Assembly (NCBI GenBank): GCA_964188305.1
Contig: OZ076890.1
Source: Podarcis bocagei
Lineage: Eukaryota
DNA: 64,000 nt
Reading direction: 5' to 3' (one strand)
Below the pieces are notes generated by a model, which made no database searches, was not told where the DNA came from, and saw only the letters and a list, made by a program, of their open reading frames with translations. Each line of letters opens with the position of its first letter. Position 1 is the first letter of the stretch. Below, piece by piece: positions 62,101 to 64,000 of this stretch. Position numbers and translations under genes: made by a program.

Positions 62101-64000
62101 GGAAACAAGCACAACCCATATATATATTTAAAACACCCTCTACCTTTATAGCTTAAGGGCTGGTTTGTGGTGAGTAGCTTAAGGCCATGCCTATAACAGC
62201 CATATGGATAGGCAAGACACAAGAACTACTGTTGGTATAGGGGGGTAGACTTGGGGAAGCTCATTATCTTGGCCTGTTTTGGCTCCCAAAGGTGATGAGA
62301 GACTTGTGCCATTGACTTCAGTAGGAGTCATAGCAAGTTGGTATGAATCTGGAAATCTCCCTGTTAGTGATGGTGTTGGTGAGTTCAGCTTGTGAACTTT
62401 TTAATGATTGGTTCTTCATACTGAATAGCCTTCCTTGATACTCATTTTACAAGCTAATCTGATCTTGGAGAATTGCTTTATCAATCTTTTGCATGGCGGT
62501 ACTTAGAACTCTGCAGTGTTGCAGAATGGAACTTTCTAGACAAAAACAATTAAGCACATTAAAAGTTCAATGCATAATAATCCTATCTTAGCAACAGGTG
62601 TTGGCTGTTTCTGATGAAAAGCTCTGAGACTCCTTAACTTATCTACACTTTCAAGGGGTTAGACAAAAATCCAGTATTCAATACATTCATAGTATAAATA
62701 CAAATCCATGTTTGATGTTAGGTCTGAATGAGGTCACTGTGACAGACATTGCTGAATGTGTTCTAGCTGTGATCCTGGTATGCGTGTTGGCTTTGGTCAT
62801 GTTACCTTCTGACGACAATATGGTGTATGGGTGGGGAACCTGTGGCCCTCCAGATGTTGCTGGCCTACAACTCACATAATCTCTGACCATTGGCCATGCT
62901 AACTGAGGCTGATGGGAATTGAAGTCCAGCAACATCTGGAGGGCCACAGGTTCCCCACCATGAACTTATTAGTCGTGGCGCCTGAGTTGGAACTTCCTGC
63001 TTAAGACATTTCATCTTTCAGTTTCCTTGCTGACTTTCAGGAAGACTTTATTTCAAAGAGCTTTAGTCTGAACTTTTCCAGCTGAAAAACTGATGATGAT
63101 GCCTGTGTATATTTTGATAGATTTTACTTATTGTTTGATTTCTTAATGTTGAAAACCAGTTTTGTTGCAGATTGGTGCAGAACTTTAATGATAACTTTTA
63201 ACTCATTGAGCTTCCATTTACAAACACCAACATTCCCAAAGTTGATAGCCTTCATATGACCATATACTGTGATAATGTGTTATTGCAAGTGATGATTCAG
63301 CAAACTGGGGAAATTTCGTGAAGCAAATAAAGCTTCATCTTGCTTAATAATTTTGTATTCTGTGAAAGGAACAGATCTTTGTGTTGCCTTGCATCTTTTT
63401 GCAAAGAGTAGTCTGGCAATAGAGTTTGTTTCTGCAGATTTTACTGAGTCATGTTTTAAGGTGTATAGAGTTAACATCTTAAATACTACAGCTTATAGTA
63501 ATATTAGGAGTTTATTTTCTATCACAGCATCACATTGCAGAGGTCCAGTTCCATCATAACAGTGGAACCATGGTTAAGCATTCAAGAGTAGGCCACAAAA
63601 CCATGCAGACCTTCCTGCTGTAATTCAGTTATTCCTAATCTTGGTTAAAATTAGCATAGTCTGCTTGTAAATTAATGTTGAGAACCCATTTTTAGTCCCC
63701 TTCTGCGATGCCAGTCAGATGGAGAAGACAGATATGGTTAGATTATTTGCAAACATTTCCTAGTGACATTGGAATGTACTATGGTTACTGTGCAGTGAGT
63801 GAGTGTGTGAAGAGAGTTGTTTTTAGTGCAGGGATGAAGAGCCTGTGATTCTGCAGATGATGCTGGACTACAATTCCCATTATCCCTAACCATTGGCCAG
63901 ACCAAAAGCCAATCTAATCCAGCATTTTGTTCTCTCAGTGAGCAACCAGATGTCTATGGCAAGCCAACAAGCAGGGCATGAGTGCAACAGCACGCTACCA

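Overview
This is eukaryotic DNA, not prokaryotic. It is repeat-rich intergenic or upstream sequence from a squamate, most likely a lacertid lizard. That assignment is inferred from the repeat content: Sauria/Squam1 SINEs, Squam2/3-type SINEs, a tRNA-Lys/CR1 SINE, Bov-B, CR1, L2 and L1 fragments, and many hAT and Tc1/mariner-pogo MITEs. No intact host protein-coding exon could be supported. The main feature is a very young, apparently non-coding 7.0-kb LTR retroelement on the minus strand (16604-23644). It has two 523-bp LTRs differing at one base, a 4-bp ATAC target-site duplication, a tRNA-Lys(CTT) primer-binding site and a short PPT. Its 6-kb interior has no gag/pol/env but holds a palindrome-rich leader, a splice donor, several acceptor-like tracts, tandem duplications, a captured CR1 3' tail and about 700 nt of nested stem-loops next to the PPT. 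Also notable is a Sauria-SINE-head/Bov-B-tail chimera inside a single 12-bp TSD (11414-11936). A CpG-rich promoter and first exon of an unidentified + strand gene lies at about 58.0-59.2 kb, with a candidate uORF and micro-exon. Several motif-dense, repeat-free blocks upstream look like enhancers. Repeat family names come from recalled consensus features and were not checked by database search.
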